From: a virus
Taxonomy: Duplodnaviria > Caudoviricetes
Direction: 5' to 3' (one strand)
DNA length: 38,227 nt
IMG/VR virus record: IMGVR_UViG_3300005263_000001
Coordinates: 1 to 38,227 of that record
The notes beneath the pieces are model-generated. The model saw only the letters and a list, made by a program, of their open reading frames with translations, searched no databases and was not told where the DNA came from. Position 1 is the stretch's first letter. Every line of letters begins with the position of its first letter. The position numbers and the translations under genes were made by a program. Below are positions 6,911 to 15,363 of the stretch, one piece after another.

Positions 6911-7399
6911 TCACTTTTTCGGGCGAGGAGTACGACGAGGGGGTCTAGGCTCACCGCTGTCAGCCGGGACCGTCCTAGGGCTATCTGACCCGCCCTGGAC
7001 AGACGCTCTAGCTCGGATAGCGCGGAGCCTTTCGAGCGCCCTGAGGTGGTCTTCGTATAGGTAACGCCGATCTTCGTCATTCAGGTCCTCAGCCGCCATG
7101 TCCTTCAGGATTAACCCGGCAAAGAACCTAGCCTGATCGGAAAGATACGACACATCCTGTCCGTTTTGCAGCCCCCCTGGGTCATCTATGAACTGCGTCA
7201 CGGAACAGCCGAATATGGATGCGGCCTTCTGTAGAACCTCTAAAGACGGGCGCACATCCTTCCGATAGAGGTAGTCCTTCAGCGTGGATTCATGGATTCC
7301 CAGCAGTTCGGCAGTATCGGATAGCTTGACCTTTTGGCGCAGCCGATACGCCTTCACCTCGGCTCTGAAAGAGGATCGCTGGGGCCAGATTTCGTCCAT
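6911..7399 (-). CDS. CI-like XRE-family repressor
   Basis: HTH KLSDTAELLGIHESTLKDYL...PSLEVLQKAASIFG; divergent from the cro-like gene. Confidence 0.85.
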   Translation of the reverse strand: MDEIWPQRSSFRAEVKAYRLRQKVKLSDTAELLGIHESTLKDYLYRKDVRPSLEVLQKAASIFGCSVTQFIDDPGGLQNGQDVSYLSDQARFFAGLILKDMAAEDLNDEDRRYLYEDHLRALERLRAIRARASVQGGSDSPRTVPADSGEPRPPRRTPRPKK

Positions 7400-7445
7400 G
7401 GGTAAATCTTCGGCAGAATAGTCAAATATTCCATATGGTTTCCCC

Positions 7446-7480
7446 TTGCGTCTTATGGGATAGGTGCCCATACTTGTGGC
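7446..7480 (+). promoter_or_regulatory. pR-like promoter with operator
   Basis: TTGCGT-N17-CATACT; operator TATGGG-N7-CCCATA at 7454-7472; the ATG follows the -10 box after only 6 nt (probably leaderless). Confidence 0.75.
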
Positions 7481-7705
7481 ATGGCAGACTTCCGCCCCCT
7501 CATCCCGAACATTTCGAGACTCGCTGAATCCCTTGGGTGCGACTACTCGCACCTTCATTCTGTGTTGAAGGGTGGGACACGACCTGGCCCTCAGTTCGCT
7601 ATCCGGATTGAAGAAGCCACCAATGGCGCTATTCGTCGCGGTGATCTTCGTCCTGATCTCTGGCCTTCCAACCATTGCAACCCCCCATCCGGGGAGGCGG
7701 CGTGA
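7481..7705 (+). CDS. Cro/YdaS-like HTH regulator
   Basis: ISRLAESLG...AIRIEEATNGAIRRGDLRPDLW. Confidence 0.88.
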   Translation: MADFRPLIPNISRLAESLGCDYSHLHSVLKGGTRPGPQFAIRIEEATNGAIRRGDLRPDLWPSNHCNPPSGEAA

Positions 7706-7763
7706 TGCCGTCTGGACCTTTCAATGTAGGGGTAATGCAACTATACGCAACCCCTAAATTTCA

Positions 7764-7787
7764 AAAGCCCCGCGTGAACGGGGCTCT
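7764..7787. terminator. Hairpin after cro (tR1-like or bidirectional)
   Basis: AGCCCCG-CGTGAA-CGGGGCT preceded by an A run. Confidence 0.5.
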
Positions 7788-7815
7788 GTAACTCACCCGC
7801 TATTCAGGAGCAGGC

Positions 7816-8139
7816 ATGACAAGTATCAGAAACAAATACCGAGCCGTCAAGACCAACGGCTGCGATTCCAAGGCAGAGGCCAAGAGGAAAGCCGAGCTTG
7901 AGCTTCTGGCTAGGGCCGGGAAGATCACCGACCTTGAGTTTCAGCGTGAGTTCGTCCTGATCTCCAAGTCTGAGCATGGCCACGCCATCAAGTACCGCGC
8001 TGACGCCTGCTACCGGATCGACGGTCAGTTTGTGGTGGAAGACACCAAGAGCCCGATCACGGCCAAGAACCCCGTGTATCGACTGAAAAAGCGCCTTATG
8101 GCCGAAGTCTACGGGATCACGATCAGCGAGGTTGCCTAA
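7816..8139 (+). CDS. DUF1064-family PD-(D/E)xK nuclease-like protein
   Basis: NKYRA...DSKAEA.R...L.FQ.EF...Y.AD..Y...VVEDTK. Confidence 0.88.
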   Translation: MTSIRNKYRAVKTNGCDSKAEAKRKAELELLARAGKITDLEFQREFVLISKSEHGHAIKYRADACYRIDGQFVVEDTKSPITAKNPVYRLKKRLMAEVYGITISEVA

Positions 8140-8984
8140 TGGGTGGCTTCACCAAGTTGTTCTCCAGCATCGTGACATCCAGCCTGTGGTGCCAGGACCA
8201 TGCCGTTCTCCGGGTTTGGGTTGCCATGCTTGCCACCGCAGACGCCACCGGGAAGGTCGAGGGCGCTGTCCCTGGGTTCGCCAGCCTGTGCCGGGTGTCC
8301 ATCCCTGAGATGGAAAGGGTCTTGGGAATCTTGATGGCCCCCGATGAATACTCACGGACCAAGGACCACGATGGGAAGCGCCTTGAGGTATGTGAGGGGG
8401 GATGGCGAATCCTAAACTACATGAAATACAGAGCCATCCGTGAGGCTGATGAGCGCAGGGAATACCAGAGGGAGTGGGATCGGACCCACCGCGCCAAGAC
8501 TCATCCGACAAATCCGACAACTTCCGACAAATCCGACACGATCCGACCGAACCCGACCCAAGCAGAAGCAGAAGCAGAAGCAGAAAAGATAAAAGAAGGG
8601 TCGCCTTCGGCTCCCGTGGTGGATTTGGTTGCCAAGAGGAAAAGGAAGACCAAGGACGAGAAGATCCAGGGGTTCTCTCCCGACACGAAGGCCGTAGTCA
8701 ATTCCCTTTTGGACATCTGGCCCCAGCGCGGGACCAACGGGGACGATACCTCCCCAACTGACATCGCCATCTTCGCCCAGCGGGTCTCTGAGATTCTGGA
8801 CAGCGGGAATGACCGTGACCTGTTGATCGAGGCGGGGAAGCTCTACGCCACCACTCCGCGCCCCAAGTTCTCAGCCCCTCAATACTTCTTCGGGAAGACG
8901 GCCTACGGGGGGAAGGGCGATGCGCCCTGGGTGGGCTATGTGAAGTTGATCCTCACCAAGAGACAGTCACAGGTGGCCTCATGA
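8139..8984 (+). CDS. Replication initiator protein
   Basis: N-terminal FTKLFSSI..SSLW...GWRILNY.KY winged-helix type; internal iteron region; position after cro. Confidence 0.75.
   Translation: MGGFTKLFSSIVTSSLWCQDHAVLRVWVAMLATADATGKVEGAVPGFASLCRVSIPEMERVLGILMAPDEYSRTKDHDGKRLEVCEGGWRILNYMKYRAIREADERREYQREWDRTHRAKTHPTNPTTSDKSDTIRPNPTQAEAEAEAEKIKEGSPSAPVVDLVAKRKRKTKDEKIQGFSPDTKAVVNSLLDIWPQRGTNGDDTSPTDIAIFAQRVSEILDSGNDRDLLIEAGKLYATTPRPKFSAPQYFFGKTAYGGKGDAPWVGYVKLILTKRQSQVAS
8504..8585 (+). repeat. Probable origin iterons
   Basis: TCCGAC(A) at 8504, 8513, 8523, 8532, 8542 (9-10 bp period), then (GCAGAA)x4. Confidence 0.65.
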
Positions 8985-9298
8985 GCAACCTTTGGGATGA
9001 CCCCTACGCCTCTGTTGAACGGGCATTCAAACACGGACCATGGGCCGGGATGCCACCCCGTAATGAGTGGAACACCTCGCCGATGCACCGCAACCACGCA
9101 ACCTGCATTGAGTGCGGATACAAGTGGGACCAGACGGACTTCACCTATCGGAGTCACCCCAGCAACCCACCGGAGACCCACAACATCTGCTGGAACTGCT
9201 GGATGATTGACAACAATCCAGAGAAGGTGGGGAAGTTCTGGCGGGCCATCGACGGGGTTAAACCTGAACCCAAGACCGCGAAATTGGATCACCTATGA
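8981..9298 (+). CDS. Zn-finger hypothetical protein
   Basis: CIEC...CWNC. Confidence 0.65.
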   Translation: MSNLWDDPYASVERAFKHGPWAGMPPRNEWNTSPMHRNHATCIECGYKWDQTDFTYRSHPSNPPETHNICWNCWMIDNNPEKVGKFWRAIDGVKPEPKTAKLDHL

Positions 9299-9456
9299 TG
9301 CCCGCCAGCTACCACCGGGAGCGCCGGTTGATGCTCATTGGGTTGGGACTCTGTTCCAAGTGTGGCCGTGTCGAACCTCGGGAGGGTGCGAAGGAATGCG
9401 CTGAGTGCCTTCAGAAGCGCCGGGAAGCCATGCAGAAGGCACGGGAGGCCCGATGA
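9295..9456 (+). CDS. Small Zn-finger protein
   Basis: GLCSKCG...ECAEC; ATGA overlaps at both ends. Confidence 0.6.
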   Translation: MMPASYHRERRLMLIGLGLCSKCGRVEPREGAKECAECLQKRREAMQKAREAR

Positions 9457-9773
9457 AGCCACTCCGCATCCAAAAACTCCGTGACGCGGCCCTGGATGCC
9501 CCCCACTGCATGAACCAGTCATGCCGTGCCGTGAACTGGGATGGTCAGCAACTTGTCCTGTGCCACCCCAACGGCCTCCGGTTTGAGAAGGGCACCGGCC
9601 AGAAGGGACATGACCTCGGAGCGTACCTCTGCAACCGCCCCGGAGGATGCCATGACCTCCTGGACGGTAGGGCTGGCGCCCTCACGCGGCTTGAACGAGA
9701 CGAAATGTTCCTCGATGCGGCGTACTGGTCCACGGTTTGGCTGATTCAGTCGGGAAGGCTGGTGGCGAAATGA
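9453..9773 (+). CDS. DUF1364/YbcO-like putative nuclease
   Basis: KLRDAA...C...C...VLCH...KGTGQK..D..AYLC...CHDLLDGR. Confidence 0.8.
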   Translation: MKPLRIQKLRDAALDAPHCMNQSCRAVNWDGQQLVLCHPNGLRFEKGTGQKGHDLGAYLCNRPGGCHDLLDGRAGALTRLERDEMFLDAAYWSTVWLIQSGRLVAK

Positions 9774-10150
9774 GGCCCCTCACCCTATGGGACGAGGCCA
9801 CCGCATCCCAACTGTGGGGAGCGTTGAAGGGCTGGAAGGCTGCGGCGAATGTCGGGAAGCCGTTCACCGTGACCGTGCGGATACATGAGGATGCCCGGAG
9901 TCTTGAGGCCAACCGTTACTATTGGGCGCGGTTAGCTGAAATCGCAGAGCAGGCAGAGCCGCGATTCTCTGCCGAGGCATGGCACGAATTTCTGAAGCGG
10001 AAGTTCATCGGGTGCATCGACCTCCCAATGGGTCAGGTGGTCGGTATGTCCACAACGAAACTCAACTCAACCGAGTTCGCCCTGTATGTGACCCAGGTGG
10101 AAGCCTTCGCGGTCATGGAGTTGGGCGTCCAGTTTACGGAGGCAGCGTGA
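9770..10150 (+). CDS. ninB: NinB-family recombination protein
   Basis: RSLEANRYYWA.L.EIA.Q...E.WHE.LK...STTKL...EF..Y...VEAF. Confidence 0.85.
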   Translation: MRPLTLWDEATASQLWGALKGWKAAANVGKPFTVTVRIHEDARSLEANRYYWARLAEIAEQAEPRFSAEAWHEFLKRKFIGCIDLPMGQVVGMSTTKLNSTEFALYVTQVEAFAVMELGVQFTEAA

Positions 10151-10338
10151 GATCCATTACCTGTGATGTGTGCGGCTCCACCATCCCTGCCGGGAAGGGG
10201 ATCGCCGCAGTGTTGACAGCCAAGAACGGCGAAGAGATTTGGATCCATTTCAGCTCAAGCTGGGACCGCGCCGGGATTGGTATACCGGATGTTTGCAATG
10301 ATTGCGTCCGGAAGGCGTTTGGTGGCAGAAATGACTGA
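10147..10338 (+). CDS. Small Zn-binding protein
   Basis: CDVCG...DVCNDC; GTGA overlap. Confidence 0.6.
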   Translation: MRSITCDVCGSTIPAGKGIAAVLTAKNGEEIWIHFSSSWDRAGIGIPDVCNDCVRKAFGGRND

Positions 10339-10558
10339 ACGACTCCCCAACGGCTCAGACGGATGGGTCGCACCTGAAGAACCCGCATACCCGGACGATG
10401 CCCAAGTCCTATTCCTGTGGCATGAGCGGGTATGTGATGGCCGGATCAAGGTCTGGTTTGACCCCCACGGCGTTCTCCACTTCCACGCGATGGGCCATCC
10501 CGGCTGCACTTTCGACCCTCCCAAGATCGGCTTCGACCACCAGGGGATGCCTGTATGA
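10331..10558 (+). CDS. Hypothetical protein
   Basis: Overlap-coupled ORF in the rightward operon. Confidence 0.5.
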   Translation: MTERLPNGSDGWVAPEEPAYPDDAQVLFLWHERVCDGRIKVWFDPHGVLHFHAMGHPGCTFDPPKIGFDHQGMPV

Positions 10559-11517
10559 CGCCCAGCCAAAAACGATGGTCCGAGAAGCGAAGCCTTGAAC
10601 GGGCCGCGAAACGGGAGGCAAAGGCGCTTGGGATGACCATCACCCCGCCTACCCTCCCCAGCGACGAACCCACCGCCGAAGAACTCATCCAGACCCTCAA
10701 GACCAACTTCGCCCGGAAGGAAGCCCATGAACTCGCAAGGAAGCTCATCAGGGTTCAAATACCCATCACCGGACCCATCGGACTCATTCACTTTGGGGAC
10801 CCTCATGTTGACGATGACGGGACCGACTGGAGCGCCCTGGAACGTGATATCCGACTGGTCCAGACAACCCCTGGGCTGTATGCAGCCAACATCGGAGACA
10901 CTACTAACAATTGGGTCGGGAGGCTGGGCCACCTATACGGTCAGCAGAGCGTGACCGCGAAGCAAGCCTGGATCTTGGCTGAGTGGTTCATCAAGCAGCT
11001 AAGTGGTAAGTGGCTCTATATGTTGGGCGGAAACCACGACTGTTGGTCAGGTGATGGAGACCCCCTGCGCTGGGTAGCTGCCCATTGCAAGACCATGTAT
11101 GAAGCAACTGAAGCCCGAATCGGCCTAGCCTTCCCCAATGGCCGGGAAGTGGTGGTCAACGCTCGGCACGACTTCGCCGGCGGATCAATGTGGAACCCGA
11201 CCCACGGCCCCATGAAGGCGGCACAGATGGGCGTCAGGGATGACATCGTGATCTGCGGCCACAAGCACAAGAGCGGCTACAGCCCCCTGAAAGACCCCGA
11301 GACTGGGAAGGTCATGCACTGCCTCCAGGTGGCGTCCTACAAGCGGTATGACCGCTACGCCAGGGAGAAGGGCTTCAGGGACCAGAGCCTCAGCCCCTGC
11401 GTCGTGACCGTGATCGACCCGGATGCCAAGAACCCGGTGGACCTCATTCAGTGCTTCTGGAATGCCCAGTCAGGGGCCGATTACCTGACCTACCTTCGGA
11501 ACCGGAGGGCGGCATGA
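10555..11517 (+). CDS. Calcineurin-like metallophosphoesterase
   Basis: GDPH, IGD, GGNHD, RH and GHKH motifs in the expected order. Confidence 0.9.
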   Translation: MTPSQKRWSEKRSLERAAKREAKALGMTITPPTLPSDEPTAEELIQTLKTNFARKEAHELARKLIRVQIPITGPIGLIHFGDPHVDDDGTDWSALERDIRLVQTTPGLYAANIGDTTNNWVGRLGHLYGQQSVTAKQAWILAEWFIKQLSGKWLYMLGGNHDCWSGDGDPLRWVAAHCKTMYEATEARIGLAFPNGREVVVNARHDFAGGSMWNPTHGPMKAAQMGVRDDIVICGHKHKSGYSPLKDPETGKVMHCLQVASYKRYDRYAREKGFRDQSLSPCVVTVIDPDAKNPVDLIQCFWNAQSGADYLTYLRNRRAA

Positions 11518-11687
11518 GGTGGAAACGCCAGCAAGAGGCTTTCGGAACAAGGGAAAGGCGGGGGTTCCTGCTTATCCCTCAATTGTGTGTGACGGAAGAC
11601 AACCTGGAAGAGTGGCGGTGGCTGGAAAGCGCCACATGGCTCGAAAGGCACTACTCGGGTTCTTGGTACCCCGTGAGGTGGCTATGA
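11514..11687 (+). CDS. Hypothetical Trp-rich protein
   Basis: FLLIP...EWRWLE; ATGA overlaps. Confidence 0.55.
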   Translation: MRWKRQQEAFGTRERRGFLLIPQLCVTEDNLEEWRWLESATWLERHYSGSWYPVRWL

Positions 11688-11974
11688 CCTGGCACATCGA
11701 AACCGAATACAGGGGGGAGGATGATGTTCTCTTCCGCCTCCTGGAAGCCGATGCAGCTGGGGAACTGACCATCCGCGGCATCTTCATGGACCTGACCTGG
11801 GCCAAACGGTTCAAATCTGCTATCGAATGGCAGGAATCCCTCGGTCAAGGCATGGTCAAGCTGGCACAGGACGGAATCACGATTGATCCTAGGACCGGGC
11901 AGACCAAGCCAGTGGTCAAGCGCAGGGCTCCGGTGAAGGCCAAACCCGCAGCGAAGAAGAGGGGGACCAAATGA
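11684..11974 (+). CDS. Hypothetical protein with basic C-terminus
   Basis: GAGG RBS; MTWHIETEY...KAKPAAKKRGTK. Confidence 0.6.
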   Translation: MTWHIETEYRGEDDVLFRLLEADAAGELTIRGIFMDLTWAKRFKSAIEWQESLGQGMVKLAQDGITIDPRTGQTKPVVKRRAPVKAKPAAKKRGTK

Positions 11975-12065
11975 GAACCCGACGAACGGCCCTCGGACTC
12001 TGGCTCGGGTTGATAAGTGCTGTGGTCTATGCGTGTTGGTGCTGGGATCGGATTTGGGGGAATAG

Positions 12066-12395
12066 ATGAGCAAAATCGGCACAGTGTCCACAAGTGGACA
12101 GCCTAAGCGCCCACAACCCAAGGGAGGCAGTAGGAAGGGCATCCCCAATAAGGCAACGGCCAACGCAAGGGAAGCCATCGCTCGATTCGTGGACGGGAAC
12201 GCTGAACGGCTCCAGGGCTGGCTTGACCAGATCGCTGAGACCGATGGCCCCAAGGCGGCTTGGCAATGCTTCATGGACACGCTGGAGTTCCATGTGCCCA
12301 AGCTGGCCAGGACCGAGATGACCGGCAAGGATGGAGGCCCGATCCAGTCTGAGCAGAGGGTGCTGATCATTGAGGGGGTTATGCCGCATGAGTGA
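12066..12395 (+). CDS. terS: Terminase small subunit (putative)
   Basis: GGSRKGIPNKAT...PKLARTEMTGKDGGPIQ; just upstream of terL. Confidence 0.75.
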   Translation: MSKIGTVSTSGQPKRPQPKGGSRKGIPNKATANAREAIARFVDGNAERLQGWLDQIAETDGPKAAWQCFMDTLEFHVPKLARTEMTGKDGGPIQSEQRVLIIEGVMPHE

Positions 12396-12603
12396 GCCGG
12401 GTTGGCAGGAAGAAGATCGAATCCAACAAGCCCTTGATGTTGTTCTAGACAATTGCTTTGATCTCATCATTAAAGAATTGATGACCACGAAACCAAAGGC
12501 ACGAGAGCGGTTTATCGACAAGTGCCGGGAGGCGTTCTGTGTGGACTGTGGGTATGAATACCGCGCCAACAGTCTCGGTTGTTCCTGTAGCCGGGATGAC
12601 TGA
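12388..12603 (+). CDS. Hypothetical Cys-containing protein inserted between the terminase genes
   Basis: FCVDCG...CSCSRDD; visibly more AT-rich codons. Confidence 0.55.
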   Translation: MSEPGWQEEDRIQQALDVVLDNCFDLIIKELMTTKPKARERFIDKCREAFCVDCGYEYRANSLGCSCSRDD

Positions 12604-13859
12604 TGACTGAGACCCGCATCCAGATCCCCAAGAAGCTGATAGGGCCGCTGTTCCAACCCCACCGATATAAAGTGTTTAAGGGTGGCCGAGGCTCTGCGAA
12701 GTCATGGAGCGTGGCCCAGGCGCTGCTGGCGCTCGGCTACCAGAAGAAGCTCCGCATCCTGTGCGCCCGTGAGATCCAGAAGTCGATCCAGGATTCGTCC
12801 TACAAACTCCTTTCGGATCAGGTTGAACGGCTCGATCTTGGTGGGTTTTACAATGTGCTGAAGACCGAGATTCGCGGAACCAACGGAACAGAGTTCCTTT
12901 TTCGGGGCCTCGGGAACCTCACAGCCGAGTCGATCAAGAGTTTTGAAGGTGTCGACATCGTGTGGGTTGAAGAAGCGCACACGGTAAGCGCACGATCTTG
13001 GGAGTTATTGATCCCGACCATCCGAAAGGAAGGCTCGGAGATCTGGATCACCTACAACCCTGACGAGGAAACGGACCCCGTTGATGTGAACTTCGTCCAG
13101 CGCACCCCGCCTGACTGCATCGTGACCGAGGTCAACTGGGACGATAACCCGTGGTTCCCCAGTGTGTTGAAGACTGAGAAGGATTACCTCTACTCCGTGG
13201 ACCCTGACGCGGCGAACCATGTTTGGGGTGGTCAGTATCGCAAGGTCAGCGATGCCCAGATCCTGCGGGGGCGCTGGAAGGTGCAGGAGTTCGTGCCTGG
13301 TCCTGGCTGGGATGGCCCATACCACGGCATCGACTTCGGCTTTGCACAGGACGAAGGCACCCACATTCGCATGTGGATCTGGCAGGGCGACCTCTACATC
13401 GAATACGAGGCCGCTGGGCTAGAGGTGGACAACGATGACCTCTGTGACCTGTGGGACACCATCCCCAACGCTCGGGAATATCTGGCCCGTGCCGACTGTG
13501 CCCGACCTGAAACGATCAGCCATGTGAGGCGGCATGGGTACAACCGAGTCATCGCCTGCGAGAAGTGGACCGGCTGTGAACGGGATGGCATCGACCACCT
13601 TCGGACCTACAAGAACATCATCATCCACCCCCGCTGCAAGCTGGCGATCAAGGAGGCGAAGCTCTGGAGTTGGAAGAAGGACCGGATTACGGGTGACATC
13701 CTGCCTGAGACCACGGGCAAGTTTGACAACACCTGGGCGGCGGCTCGATACGGGCTGGAGCCAATCATCAAGTATGGGCTTGAGAACAGGCTTCCTGATG
13801 TGCCGGAGCCAACCGAGGAATACTTTGGCCGCGCAAGCGGGATGGGATGGCTGGGATGA
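12603..13859 (+). CDS. terL: Terminase large subunit, PBSX family
   Basis: GGRGSAKS Walker A, CAREIQKSI, VWVEEA Walker B, GIDFGF nuclease motif. Confidence 0.95.
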   Translation: MTETRIQIPKKLIGPLFQPHRYKVFKGGRGSAKSWSVAQALLALGYQKKLRILCAREIQKSIQDSSYKLLSDQVERLDLGGFYNVLKTEIRGTNGTEFLFRGLGNLTAESIKSFEGVDIVWVEEAHTVSARSWELLIPTIRKEGSEIWITYNPDEETDPVDVNFVQRTPPDCIVTEVNWDDNPWFPSVLKTEKDYLYSVDPDAANHVWGGQYRKVSDAQILRGRWKVQEFVPGPGWDGPYHGIDFGFAQDEGTHIRMWIWQGDLYIEYEAAGLEVDNDDLCDLWDTIPNAREYLARADCARPETISHVRRHGYNRVIACEKWTGCERDGIDHLRTYKNIIIHPRCKLAIKEAKLWSWKKDRITGDILPETTGKFDNTWAAARYGLEPIIKYGLENRLPDVPEPTEEYFGRASGMGWLG

Positions 13860-14013
13860 AGGTCATCCGTGATGAGCGAACAGGCACGATGCCAGGCGGA
13901 GTTCCCCGTCCTTCCCGTTATCTGCGTGGCTGGATTGGTGAGCGCTATGTTCTGGCCCCAATTCCAGGAACCGAAGACCACAGGCTATTGACCGAGGCCA
14001 CGGAGGTGATGCG

Positions 14014-14268
14014 ATGACAAGAAAGCTCAAGCAATTCGTTGTTCGCCAGGAGTTCCCCGGTTCCCCCGTGATGGTCGCTGGTGGCCGTGCGTTTATGGGC
14101 CTGAAGCCTGGGGACATTGTAACCATTGAAGGTGTTTACGAACCCACACGATGGGAGCGCTTCAAAGAGTGGACGCCTAGACCGTGGCGTTCATGGTGGG
14201 CGCTGCGTGTTCGGTTCTACTTCTCCAACCTGTGGAACGCCATCTGTGGGAGGCGCTGGGATGACTGA
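14014..14268 (+). CDS. Hypothetical protein
   Basis: GGAGGTG RBS. Confidence 0.55.
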   Translation: MTRKLKQFVVRQEFPGSPVMVAGGRAFMGLKPGDIVTIEGVYEPTRWERFKEWTPRPWRSWWALRVRFYFSNLWNAICGRRWDD

Positions 14269-14497
14269 CAACGACCCCGTGATGGAAATCATCAAGCGGC
14301 TTGACCCCAACTTCCCCATCGAGCAGCTCATTGAGCTAGCAGGCGGAAGGCGTTGGCGCATCCCGTATGAGGTGCCCATCGACTACGGCCAGATCAGGCA
14401 GCAGATCCTAGCCGATCCATGCCGTGAGGTGCGAACCGTGACAAGGCGGTATAAGGTGAGCAGGGAGTTTGTGTATCGGGTTTGGAGGGCGGCTTAG
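14261..14497 (+). CDS. Mor/C-like late transcription activator
   Basis: AGGRRWRIP motif followed by C-terminal HTH (VTRRYKVSREFVYRVW); precedes the late genes. Confidence 0.65.
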   Translation: MTDNDPVMEIIKRLDPNFPIEQLIELAGGRRWRIPYEVPIDYGQIRQQILADPCREVRTVTRRYKVSREFVYRVWRAA

Positions 14498-14594
14498 ATA
14501 GTCAACAACGGTGCCCTGACTAGACACACGGAATGACGAACCCTTAGGAAGCGGGAGCCGCTTTCGGCTTCAGGCCAGCACCGCTCAGCGGTCA

Positions 14595-15011
14595 GTGCTC
14601 CCGCCCCTTTGGGGTGTCGTCCTGTCTGATCCCGTCCTTATCTACCATCAAGGCTCAGGTCTCATCCGCAAGGTGGATGGGACTTTCGTTGCGTTGGGAT
14701 GGGCTGGGAATGGGCTAGGGAAGAACAATCCCTCATGGCAGCACCAGAAGAACGAAGGACCGCTGCCGCGTGGGATCTACGAGGTCGGCCCATGGGAAGA
14801 GGAACACGCTGGGCTTGGGCCGATTGTGGCAAGCCTGAAGCAGATCCAGGGTGAGACATACGGGCGGTCAGGGTTCTACTTCCACGGCCCCGCGATGGAT
14901 TCGGCCAAGTTCGGGCAGGAGTCTCGCGGCTGCATCGTGGTCCCGAGGGCTGGGCGGCTGAAGGTCAAGGACCTGGCTCCCGAGGGATCGCTGATTGAGG
15001 TGGTGGTATGA
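14595..15011 (+). CDS. Tlde1/DUF2778 L,D-transpeptidase-fold peptidoglycan enzyme (likely endolysin); exact start uncertain
   Basis: G.AG.G...NNP...GPLPRG.Y...GRSGFYFHG...SRGCIV (His...SxGC catalytic motif). Confidence 0.85.
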   Translation: MLPPLWGVVLSDPVLIYHQGSGLIRKVDGTFVALGWAGNGLGKNNPSWQHQKNEGPLPRGIYEVGPWEEEHAGLGPIVASLKQIQGETYGRSGFYFHGPAMDSAKFGQESRGCIVVPRAGRLKVKDLAPEGSLIEVVV

Positions 15012-15268
15012 ACTACCTCGCCCGGTTCCTCAATGCCGCTGACTCGTCTGCCAGCCTGCGCCATGCGGCCTATGCGCTGGTGGTCGTTGGCGGGTGCTTC
15101 TGGCTCTCCTGGGACCTCGTTAGGGGCCCAATCAATGCCGAGTGGTGCGCGGCCTTTGCCCTGCTGTTGGGTGCCGTGACCACGGGCAAGATCGTCGGCG
15201 CTGCGGTGCCACCTGCCCCCGTCAGTGGTTGTGTCGGAAACGGATCACCTGACGGGGGCGCTAAGTGA
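15008..15268 (+). CDS. Holin-like two-TM protein
   Basis: Two hydrophobic helices; adjacent to the lysin. Confidence 0.6.
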   Translation: MNYLARFLNAADSSASLRHAAYALVVVGGCFWLSWDLVRGPINAEWCAAFALLLGAVTTGKIVGAAVPPAPVSGCVGNGSPDGGAK

Positions 15269-15363
15269 TCAAGTGGGCCTTCTGCTTCCTGGTTCTAGCC
15301 TCAATCGGCATCATCGGCGCTCTGCTGTATGAGGCGTTCAAGATCTTCCGGGGCATGGAATGA
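15265..15363 (+). CDS. 32-aa single-TM peptide
   Basis: MIKWAFCFLVLASIGIIGALLYEAFKIFRGME; overlaps both neighbours. Confidence 0.5.
   Translation: MIKWAFCFLVLASIGIIGALLYEAFKIFRGME

Noticed and set aside
7737-7750. TTGC-N6-TTGC lambda CII-type box
   Set aside because: No cII-like gene is seen and there is no suitable -10 at CII spacing; better explained as part of a sigma70-like promoter
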